Positions 53,385 to 64,000 of a stretch of DNA of 64,000 bases are shown in pieces. The notes beneath the pieces were generated by a model that was not told where the DNA came from, searched no databases, and worked only from the letters and a program-made list of their open reading frames with translations. Position numbers and translations under genes: made by a program. This DNA is from Octopus vulgaris (taxonomy: Eukaryota): contig OX597828.1 of the NCBI GenBank assembly GCA_951406725.2, forward strand, positions 64,480,001-64,544,000. Direction: 5' to 3'. The number at the start of each line of letters is the position of its first letter. The first letter of the stretch is position 1.

Positions 53385-53730
53385 TGGTGATGTGGGTCGT
53401 TGTGGTAATGATGGTGGTGGTAGTTGTGATGATGGTGGTAATGGTGATGTTGGTGGTGGTAGTTGTGATGATGGTGGTAATGGTGATGTTGGTGGTGGTA
53501 GTTGTGATGATGGTGGTAATGGTGATGTTGGTGGTGGTAGTTGTGATGATGGTGGTAATGGTGATGTTGGTGGTGGTAGTTGTGATGATGGTGGTAATGG
53601 TGATGGTGGTGGTGGTAGTTGTGATGATGGTGGTAATGGGGATGTTGGTGGTGGTAGTTGTGATGATGGCGGTAATGGTGATGTTGGTGGTGGTAGTTGT
53701 GGTAATGATGATGGTAATGGTGATGTTGGA
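53385..53730. repeat. 39-bp minisatellite (ggtggtggtagttgtgatgatggtggtaatggtgatgtt), about 8 units
   Basis: Periodic higher-order repeat built from GGT/GAT triplets. Confidence 0.9.
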
Positions 53731-54270
53731 GGTAGTATCGTTAGTTATGATGATTATTGGTGTTACTGTTGTAATCGTTTAGCCTGTCTCGCCAATGATC
53801 ACAAGCGTCTCTACCATGACCATCCTGTTTTTTTTTTGTGTAGCGTAGTAGTGTCGGGGGTCGTTGCGGGCGGGGTAGAAGTTATAGTGGTAGTAAATGT
53901 GCTAATGGGAGTATGTGTGCCGGTGGCGGTTGTAGTGGTGGATATCATAGGGTTGATGTATTTAGCCGTGTTATACTGCTGTTTGTTCCGTGTTGGTGTA
54001 GTTGGTGGTGGAGGTGGTGGTGGAGGTGATGGTAGTGTGGTTGGTGTGTCATGGTCACCGTCTAACCAGTCACGTGTCAGATAGACACGTGTAGCCCGGC
54101 TAACCTAGCCGCCCATCCTCCCTCCACAGTCCGCTTGCAACAGCCTGTGGCAGTCGGACCCTAACTAGGTGTGGCCATCATCAATCAAACACTCGAAATA
54201 GTTCACGGACACACAGACAGACAGGCAGGCAGGCGACCGTGGAATACAAGCTGGATGTCGAGAAAGGTGA

Positions 54271-54303
<33 letters not shown>

Positions 54304-55550
54304 GTGATGACGAAGATGACGACGACGACGACGATGGAAATGTGGTGGTAGAAGAGAAGAGTGGTACGATAATGATGATGATGATGATCATCATCGTCGT
54401 CGCGTTAGTGGTGGTAGTTGTGGTGCATTGCCTCTGTTGGTGATAATGATATGGATAGTGATGATGATGATGATGAAGAAGATGGGGAGGAAGATGAGGA
54501 GGGTAACTACTACAACGATGACGGCACCACCAGTAACATCGTCAACAACAACGTGATGCAGAAGCAAGGACGGGAGAAGAGGACGGTTAGGCGGGGGCGG
54601 CGCAGGGTCATTGAGGTGAATGTAAGCAAAATAGAGAAAGATGCAGAGGAAGTGTGATACAGAGTTGTTTCCCTATAAATACATCAACCCCGGCCCTCTT
54701 CAGCACACCCATGCCAATCACTTTCTGCTCTGTGCCACCCATACAGTAACCGACAGGTCACTAACTCATTTCTCACCACACCACCATGCCGTTACCCTAC
54801 CACCAACCACACGGCACCCGTCCACGTCTTGTCGTGCCGTATGTAACGGAGGAGTTTCAATTTCCGTGGTGAGCCAGACATACGCACATGACCGTTTGTG
54901 ACAAGAGTAAAACTGAAAGTGAAAGTAGCCGTAATGCATACATACATACACACACACATGTTTATATACATATACACATATATGAATGTATACATATAAA
55001 AATATAATGTGTATATATATGTATATATATGTAAATATATACATCTCTCTTAGTCTGTCTCTATACATACACTTGCACTCGCACACATATACATATATCA
55101 ATTGAGTGTTCGCCCTGAAGACACCCCCAAATAAATCCCGACGCCATTTACCCCTACACCCACTTGCCAGGTGGTTTATTGATGGGTGCGATGGAAGGGT
55201 ACCAAGACAAGGAGAGGAAAAGAAAAGATATTAACCGAAGCAGCTTCTAGCTCTATATTTCCTGTGTGTGTGTGTGTGAAATTGATATATGTTCAATATG
55301 GACGCGGGGTTTAGATCCAGGTCAATTCTGATTAAGATATGATATAAAAAAGATGTCCCAACCATGACCATCCAGTCATTTTTATATGTCCACGATTATT
55401 TTTCTCCAATATATGTTGTATCCCTTTTCTTTTTCAAGATAGCCGCAGGCTGCTTCTTAATTGATTCTGGCTGTTATTTCTAGCATTGAAATTTCCTTTT
55501 GTTCATTCTTACACTGTTTTCAGTACAATATCCTAGACTCTGCTCCTTCA

Positions 55551-55608
<58 letters not shown>

Positions 55609-55820
55609 GGCGGCGAGCTGGCAGATTCGTTAGCACGCCGGGCAAAATGCTTAGCGGCATTTCATCCTTTGCGTTCTGAGTTCAAATTCCGCCGAGGTCG
55701 ATTTGCCTTTCATTCTCTCGAGGGTCGATAAAATTAGTACCAGTTGATCATTGGAATCGCTGTAATTGACTAGTCCCGTCCCCTGAATTTGCTGGCCTTG
55801 TGCCAAAATTGGGAACCATT
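55609..55820 (+). mobile_element. SINE family B, full length, after (ATT)n
   Basis: GGCGGCGAGCTGGCAGATTCGTTAGCACGCCGGG..GAGTTCAAATTCCGCCGAGGTCGA.. Confidence 0.88.
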
Positions 55821-56254
55821 ATTATCATATGTAGTTTATAAGGAGTTCAAATCCCGCTGCGGTCATTTTTTTTTTATTCTGCTCGGTGAACAAGAAGCAT
55901 AAAATTGTTTATTAATTTTGTCGAAGTGTTTTTCTTAAAGGTTTACATTTCATGTGGTTGTAGGATCATCTAGATATAGCAGCCAAATCTTCCTCAAATC
56001 ACACTTTACTGTATAAAATGAAAGACGAGTACAAAAAGACAAGCTGATCACAGTTTGACCGTCTTTAATGCTTCATCGAGTTTGACCAAAGGTTCAATAA
56101 CAGTTATTCTACATTTTGCCATTCACCTCACATTTTACATCCACCATCTCCTCTCCATGTTTCCCTGATTCCAATTAGAAATCGTTAGAATCATATTTTC
56201 TCACCTCTTGCCATTTTAGATTCCGGTCATAACAAATTCACTCAGACACACGCG

Positions 56255-56309
<55 letters not shown>

Positions 56310-56544
56310 CATTCCTCTCTCTCTCTCTTTCGCTTATTCCCTGCTATCCCCCACCTTCTTCCTCCTGTATTATTGGTTGTCTGTGTATACATACATACAT
56401 GTAAACTCACATTTAAGCATATTCATACATCAAACACAACACACACACACTCACACACACACACATGTAGGAAGACAGCCAGACAGCCAGATAGATAGAT
56501 AGTATGTTCTATATCACTAGTGTCTAAATAGAAGTATATATGTA

Positions 56545-56715
56545 TTATCTCCGTTGCCCGCTCCGGGATCTTTCTTTCCTCTCTCTTCCTTCTTTATGTT
56601 TCCGACGAAGAGCTCCGCTCGAAACGTCATACCTCCCTGCTTCCATTTCCTGAGCGCCTATTAATAATAATACTGTAATTGTTCCCTTGTTGTTTTTTTG
56701 TTTCCCGTTTGGATT

Positions 56716-56722
<7 letters not shown>
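56545..56722 (+). mobile_element. Penelope-like terminal fragment with minimal hammerhead (56598-56632)
   Basis: gttt-CCGACGA-a-gagc-tcc-gctc-GAAAC-GTC-atac; 3' end runs into (TA)n. Confidence 0.7.
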
Positions 56723-56761
<39 letters not shown>

Positions 56762-56843
56762 AAGGTTATTTTGCTAGTGTGTGTGTATACATACATGGTA
56801 TATAATAAACACTTTTCTTTAGATCATCTAGTAATATAGAACA

Positions 56844-56884
<41 letters not shown>

Positions 56885-56999
56885 AAGGTTTGTCTGGTTG
56901 TGTAGCCTACTGTTTTTTTTTTTTTGGTTTTTTTTTGTTTTGATGCCACTCTTAAAAGAAAATAAATGAGATTTAAATTAAATAAATACCGAAAAAATA

Positions 57000-57215
57000 T
57001 TGGCTTCAAATTTTGGCACAAGGCCAGCAATTTCGGGGGACAGTGTAAGTCGATCACACCGACCCAAGTACTCTACTGGTACGTAATTTATCAACCCCGA
57101 AAGGTTAAAAGGAAAAGTCGACATCGGTGCAATTTGAAGTCAGAACGTAAAGACGGACGAAGTGCTGCTAAGCATTTCGTCCGGCGTGCTAACGATCCAG
57201 CCAGCTCGCTGCCTT
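57000..57215 (-). mobile_element. SINE family B
   Basis: Reverse-complement match to 55609-55820. Confidence 0.82.
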
Positions 57216-58479
57216 AAATACCATAGAAAAAATTTGAATGGAGAAATCCTATTTAGTTATTTATTTACTTATTTTGTCTACGCTAACCATATTGTAATGA
57301 AGTCTGTCTTTTCCCAGGTCTTGATTTTAGAAACTAGATATAACTGCCGTCTTACTTGGTTTCTAAAACGAAGGACAGAGTGAGAGAGCAGACTGAGCTA
57401 AGTCCATAAGCTAGAGTTATAATGCAGGAGAAGACCCACCACGAGGGCCATGGTAAATACTATTGATGATAACGTTCTCTCTGGGTTTATAACCTTCGTG
57501 GTGCAATGTAGGCAGATTGTGGATGTGAAAGTGACCAGAAACCACAAAAACCCGGGAGTAGTTTGTATGGACATCAAAGTTTTCTCAATGATCTCCGAAG
57601 ATCATTCGATCATTTCGTTGCTCTGTTCCGTTTGTGGGGAAACAAATAATACAAAACAAACAGTCTGATGGTTTAGGGTACAAAGGTCAACTGTTTAGCG
57701 TAAGGGCCACTTCAAGGGATTTTTTCTACTTTAAGTAGAGAAAGAGATAAACTGGTAAGCAACGGTAGACCCATCCACAGTAGCAGAACCCTTCCAAAGG
57801 ACCACCAATGGCACCCCCAGCTGCATGTCTGACGGCAGCGAAAGAAATTACCTGACCGTCAGGACTCACAGCTAATAACTTGGCCTTCCTTCAACTAATC
57901 ACAGCCCATCATATCACACCACCACATCGTAGCACAATACACTATTCCACCCCCATCACACCACCACTCTACTCTAATCCACCCTGCAACAAAGCGTGAC
58001 ATAACCGCCAAAAACTACGTCACAAACAGCACCACATCGCCACAACGCACAGCACACAATTCCAGAGGCGAACAGGAGACCGCATGACATCACTTCGCAA
58101 TACACCGACAACACACCACACACCTCCATCACACATCTCCCTTCCTTCTCCTCTCTTCCTCCTCCTACTCCTCTACGGCATTTGCGATTTGTCCACTTGA
58201 ACACTTATTCACTGGTCATAAACATATCTCTGACCGGAAGAGTGCAGTGGTGGTTTGCTATAAAACCAATACAACAAACAACTAAAAGGAAAGGCACGAA
58301 ACGGGTTGCTTGCGGGTATATGGGTTCGAATAGCGGTAGGTCGGCAGACAGGCAGGCATATAGAGGTAGGTTGATAGGTACATGGATAAGTAGGTGATTA
58401 GAAGTGAGGTAGAGCAATCGCAGAATTAATGACCTATGCAGGCTTAGCGTACGCGTGCTTGTGTGTGTGTATACATATG

Positions 58480-58554
<75 letters not shown>

Positions 58555-58869
58555 ATATGAGTGTGTAAATTTTGTTGTGGAGATCGCGGTAATGCTATTA
58601 AAATTGTATTGATGTCTTGTTCTGCTTAATTTAGTTCCAAGCGTGTCGCCTTTGATCTAGTACAAGATGCCATGGACTACGCACATAAACACACACACAT
58701 TGACACACACATACACATATTCAGATGGCAACACATACAGGCAAGCATGAATGCACACTCATTGGCAGAAGGACCCTGAACCGAGAACCGAGAACTTTAT
58801 TTGTTTTTACAACAACAGCAGCAACGACAACCATAACAATAATATGAGGAGCAACAACAACAACAGCAG

Positions 58870-59205
58870 CACTTTTAATAATTTGGCACTCCGTCAGTTG
58901 CGACGACGACTCTTCCAGTCGATCCGATCGACGGAACATCCTTCTCGTCGAATTAACGTGCAAGTGGCGGAGTACTCCACAGACATGCATGCCTTTAATG
59001 TAGTTCTTAGGAAGATCGAGTGCGACACAGAATGTCATAAAGCTGGTCCCTTAGAATTACTGATACAACTTATTTTTGCCAGCTGAGTGGACTGGAACGA
59101 CGTGAAATAAAGTGTCTTGCTCAAGGACACAACTCAACGCCGAGAATCGAACTCGCAACCTGACAGTTCATGAGCCAAATACCCTAGCCACTAAGCCACG
59201 CGCCT
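58870..59205 (-). mobile_element. SINE family C (tRNA head + CORE-like domain)
   Basis: Minus strand GGCGCGTGGCTTAGTGG (A box)..GAGTTCGATTCTC (B box)..gtgtccttgagcaagacacttt..ccagtccactcagctg. An older relative lies at about 23340-23600. Confidence 0.8.
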
Positions 59206-59334
59206 TCAGACTTTTAATATGAAGAATAACAACAGCAGCAATCAAAATGATACCTATAAAATAATATAAATTAATATAGCAACAATAACAACACATATAA
59301 AAACAACAACAACAACAACAATAATAATAATAAC

Positions 59335-59371
<37 letters not shown>

Positions 59372-59459
59372 GCAACAACAACAATTCGAACCCGTAACAG
59401 CTATCATAATGACCGCAACCACAAGAAGTCGCTGCAAAACTAAATTCCCTAATGTTCGT

Positions 59460-59655
59460 TTCAAATGTGGCCAGCAATTTCAGGGGAGGGGGTAAGTTGA
59501 TTATATCATCCCAGTATACAACTGGTACTCATTTTATCGATCCAGAAAGATGAAAGTTAAAGTCGACCTCGGTGAAATTTGAACTGAGAACGTAAAGACG
59601 GACGAAAAGCCGCTAAGCATTTCGCCCGGTGTGCTAACGATTCGGCCAGCTCACC
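59460..59655 (-). mobile_element. SINE family B
   Basis: Reverse-complement match to 55609-55820. Confidence 0.82.
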
Positions 59656-59831
59656 ACCCTAACAGACTAGAAGCCAGCACCACACCGCCAACACTATGCT
59701 GCGCCACACTACACCACTTAAACAATACATCACAGAAATTCTGCCTACATTACACCACCACCACCACAGAATCCCCGAAACAGATCACCACCACCGCCGC
59801 CGCCACCACAGATTCTATGTAAGTTCCAACG

Positions 59832-60224
59832 TGGCTGTGTGGTAAGTAGCTTGTTTACCAGCCACATGGTTCCGGGTTCAGTCCCACTGCGTGGCACCTT
59901 GGGCAAGTGTCTTCTACTATAGCCTCGGGCCGACCAATGCCTTGTGAGTGGATTTGGTAGACGGAAACTGAAAGAAGCCTGTCGTATATATGTATATATA
60001 TGCGTGTGTGTGTTTGTGTGTCTGTGTTTGTCCCCCTAGCATTGCTTGACAACCGATGCTGGTGTGTTTATGTCCCCGTTACTTAGCGGTTCTGCAAAAG
60101 AGACCGATAGAATAAGTACTGGGCTTACAAAAGAATAAGTCCCGGTGTCGAGTTGCTCGATTAAAGGTGGTGCTCCAGCATGGCCGCAGTCAAATGACTG
60201 AAACAAGTAAAAGAGTAAAGAGTA
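59832..60224 (+). mobile_element. SINE family A, near full length
   Basis: Nearly identical to 25124-25546. Confidence 0.9.
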
Positions 60225-60547
60225 CCCTCATTTCACAACACTTACACGTGAACTCCCATACGGGTGATGTGATTCAGTAACGCAGCACAAAGATCAAACG
60301 TACAAATATGGTTTCTTCTAAATTATTGCTGTTGTTGTTGTTGTTGTTTGACATTTAACATGAAACATTAATCCACTAACAACGCAATTGTCTCTAATAT
60401 TCAACTTAATATAATGCCTAAAGCAACTTGTTTCCGATCGACGGACTAATGAGACGCCGTGGGTAACCCTAAAAAACATATTTTGTTCTTTTGTATGCTT
60501 GCATGTATGCATGAGTGTATGTATGTGTGTTAGTGAAAGCGCGCGAG

Positions 60548-60565
60548 TGTGCATCTGTGTGTGCA

Positions 60566-60604
<39 letters not shown>

Positions 60605-60824
60605 ATCTGTGTGTGTGTGTGCATCTGTGTGTGTGTGTGTGTGCATCTGTGTGTGTGTGTGTGTGTGTGTGTGCATCTGTGTGTGTGTGTGTGTGTGCAT
60701 CTGTGTGTGTGTGTGTGTGCATCTGTGTGTGTGTGTGTGCATCTGTGTGTGTGTGTCTGCATCTGTGTGTGTGTGTGTGTGTGCATCTGTGTGTGTGTGC
60801 ATCTGTGTGTGTGTGTGTGTGTGT
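60548..60824. repeat. Compound minisatellite GCATCT(GT)n
   Basis: Constant gcatct punctuating variable-length (GT)n runs. Confidence 0.9.
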
Positions 60825-60974
60825 TCCTAGTGAATTGTATGTAGTGTTCAGAGGAATTAACGCTTAATCTCTTCGCTCATCTCGGTCCACCTGGGCCACA
60901 CAGGATTCTATACGTGCGGCAATGTTAAAAGAGCATGAGAAAAAGACACATAAGAGCAGGTGTGTGTGTGCACA

Positions 60975-61053
<79 letters not shown>

Positions 61054-62085
61054 ATCTGTCTGTCTGTCTGTACATATACTTACAAATGTATATATACTAA
61101 TAGACGCACACACATATATATAGAGACTTATACACACATATATATATATACATACTTATACACACATATATATATATATACTTATACACATATATATGTA
61201 CGTACTTACACACACACACAATATATGCATACTTACACACATATATATGCATATATATATATATATATATGTACCTACACACACATATGCAGACATAGGT
61301 ATACATAAGCAAAAATGAATCTGACGCTCTAACCACTGAGCCATGCGCCTTCAGATAAAACTAGGATTTACATATATATGTACACTTGTGTACACACACA
61401 CGCGCGCGCATACACACACACAAACGCACATGATGATGGCTGTCCACTCGTGATCATGTAAGACCATTACTGCCCTTTGTCCATGCAACATGCCAGCAAT
61501 GTCCATGCATGAGCTTAATGTACCAGTGGTTGTCTCCAGTCGGGTTCGCGTCCTTGACGCCATCCTACTCGACCGGGCATTGAATAGTTGCCTCGCCAGC
61601 GGTTGCACAACCTGAAATTTTAGGTCCAATAAGACTTGCACAGCACCTCAGAGACCCTTTCCAATCTGCTAGTATGATCCAGATATAATCCAGAGCAACA
61701 TATTCAGTGCCAATAAGAGTCGTAAGCTCAAGAGTGTAGGGGCACCATGATCTCAAGCGCAAGCGAAGGATCCCCAAAGTGTCCCTTGCCATTCTCTGCG
61801 ACCTACTGCTTTAACAAAAGTTAAGGGTCGCCTCACTCATGCCGGTCTTCCAGCAGGACGGACACCCATTCGGAATTTCTGCAAGATGCGTGCTATTGCT
61901 AGAGTCTTCTAACCTATTGGTCTCTTGTGAAGTTTCTCATGAGTGCTGCTGGTGACATGGAATCCAGTACAACCTGTTGCAAAGTCGGGTCATCGACGAC
62001 TAAACCAGTGACCCCACCAATCTAGCCTGGTGAGGAGGGGTGCGAGAAACCTAGCAGGATCAAAAACAAGATATATATACATACA

Positions 62086-62142
<57 letters not shown>

Positions 62143-62259
62143 CTTGGAGGATAAGAAGCGACGCGAGGCGTTCAGTCATATAATAACAATTTAACAAATA
62201 AAACATATGCAAACATACATATATATATGTACATACCTACATCTATATGTATATATACA

Positions 62260-62303
<44 letters not shown>

Positions 62304-62335
62304 TATGCGTGTATGTATATATATATATATGCGTG

Positions 62336-62371
<36 letters not shown>

Positions 62372-62375
<4 letters not shown>

Positions 62376-62700
62376 TACAGGACACCGCAAATAAACGTAG
62401 AACACAGCGAGAAACGAAAACATAAAAACAAACAAGGAAACGGACTTTTTTTAACAACAAAAAAACAGAGTACAAGACAAACAATACAAGGAATATTCCC
62501 CTTCATCAGCTGCCTCTGGTTCGACTCAATGTGTGTTTCGAAGGTAAGGGCAGAACACGATCCGGCCGAAGCAATCCTTCCTGCAAAATGAATTAAATAA
62601 AATTCTTTTGCAGAGGGGTAAAAAAAGAAAAAAGAACAAAACGTAAAAGCAATACAAATAAAAAACAGTACACATAAAGAATAAAAACAGGACAAGATGC

Positions 62701-62705
<5 letters not shown>
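62372..62705 (-). mobile_element. Probable Penelope-like terminal fragment in (TA)n with hammerhead-like boxes in permuted order
   Basis: T-rich minus strand; ccttc-GAAAC-acac-ATT...gcag-CTGATGA-agggg at 62497-62544. Confidence 0.4.
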
Positions 62706-62757
<52 letters not shown>

Positions 62758-63221
62758 AGCGTACATACATATGAATTTTAGTCCTTACGATGGTTTCCAT
62801 ATTATTTTTAATCGACAGAAGTTATAAAGTGATTGAATGACAGAATGTTGTGTATGCACGACACTCTCGGCCCTTGAGTCACTTTGTGGCTCGTGTTCCT
62901 TGACTTCTATTTCTCCTGTTTGTGCTACGAAGCCTATCTATCATTAGATGGACGTTTGTGCTGATAAGAGATCAGAGCAACAGAACCCAGCACAAGAAAT
63001 CACTGTTTACAATTTATTTCTTTTTTCGTTTTGCAGCGGAAACATCACAAATTATAACTGCGAGTTTCATGTTTCTCGTTTTGAATTATATGTGTGCACA
63101 TGTATGTGTGTGTGTATGTGTGTGTTTGTGAGTGTGTATGCATACACACACACACCTACACACACATGTATATAGATACATAGATACATACATATCTATA
63201 TACATACATATACATACACAG

Positions 63222-63278
<57 letters not shown>

Positions 63279-63667
63279 AATACATATATGTGTGTGTGTT
63301 TGTGTGTGTGATTGTATGTATGTATGTGTGTGTGTGTGCGTGTGTGCGTGTGTTTGTGGCCATCCATAAAGTCTCCGATTTCTACGAATGGTCACGTGAG
63401 TTGCCAGCTGGACTTTCATCTCATTAGTTTCAGTAAACAGTTTTGATGATGTTATCTGCTTCATTTTGGAGCCAGTGAACTGTGGAGATTCTGGTTCAAT
63501 ATCTGATGGGAACACAATCTGTGTCTTGATTTGGGGTGGGAAGGGAGGCCTTATTCGTTCCATTTTCTATTTAGAATTATGTCGCCTAAGACACACACAT
63601 ATACGCACACATACAGGCACATGCACACATACATACACATGCACTCACACTTGCACGCTCACACACA

Positions 63668-63703
<36 letters not shown>

Positions 63704-63824
63704 ATGTGTATATATATATATATATATTTGTACACATACATATGCGTATATATGTATATATATGTTTGTATACATCTGCTAGTGAATATTATATAAAGAG
63801 ATAGATATATGTACATACATGTAT

Positions 63825-63860
<36 letters not shown>

Positions 63861-63925
63861 CCTACATACACAAATTTAAAACAATGTTTTTGCATGTGTG
63901 TGAGTGTGTGTGTGAGTGTGTGTGC

Positions 63926-63958
<33 letters not shown>

Positions 63959-64000
63959 TGTGTGTGTGTGAATGTGTGTACTTCTATGTTACCAGCAACG

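Noticed and set aside
55110-55215. gcc-CTGAAGA-cacccc hammerhead start
   Set aside because: No matching GAAA-helix III-NUH downstream.
57380-57900. Decayed endonuclease-like sequence on the minus strand
   Set aside because: Only faint APE-like motif remnants (VVSGHFHI); too degraded to assign.
60548-60824. Regularly punctuated repeat resembling a CRISPR array
   Set aside because: Spacers are just (GT)n of variable length, the context is eukaryotic and no cas genes are present.

Overview
Repeat-dominated, AT-rich animal genomic DNA with extreme microsatellite density. The SINE and LINE inventory looks like an octopod cephalopod (Octopus-like); this is inference, not a database result. No complete host gene is visible. 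There are only a few candidate exons around a CpG/NRF1-type promoter island at about 35.7-36.2 kb, plus a 100-N assembly gap. Recognisable mobile DNA: a near full-length decayed CR1-group LINE (3.6-8.8 kb, minus), RTE-clade and Dong/R4 LINE remnants, a dead DD41D (rosa/Visitor) Tc1/mariner transposon and many copies of three tRNA-derived SINE families. The most interesting signal is a dispersed set of about 15 hammerhead-ribozyme (HHR) motifs, from intact to decayed. They lie in short non-coding elements from several unrelated families, mostly embedded in or next to (TA)n tracts. These elements show Penelope-like/retrozyme architecture: inverted 5' copies, partial tandem direct repeats and self-complementary helix III. 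Highlights are a tRNA-headed HHR element (23.8-24.1 kb), a head-to-head palindromic double hammerhead with a U4C core variant (50.75-50.92 kb) and a 432-bp retrozyme-like repeat unit (46.7-47.3 kb). The window also shows a LINE/SINE pair sharing a 3' tail. All motifs were folded by eye, and element boundaries are approximate.
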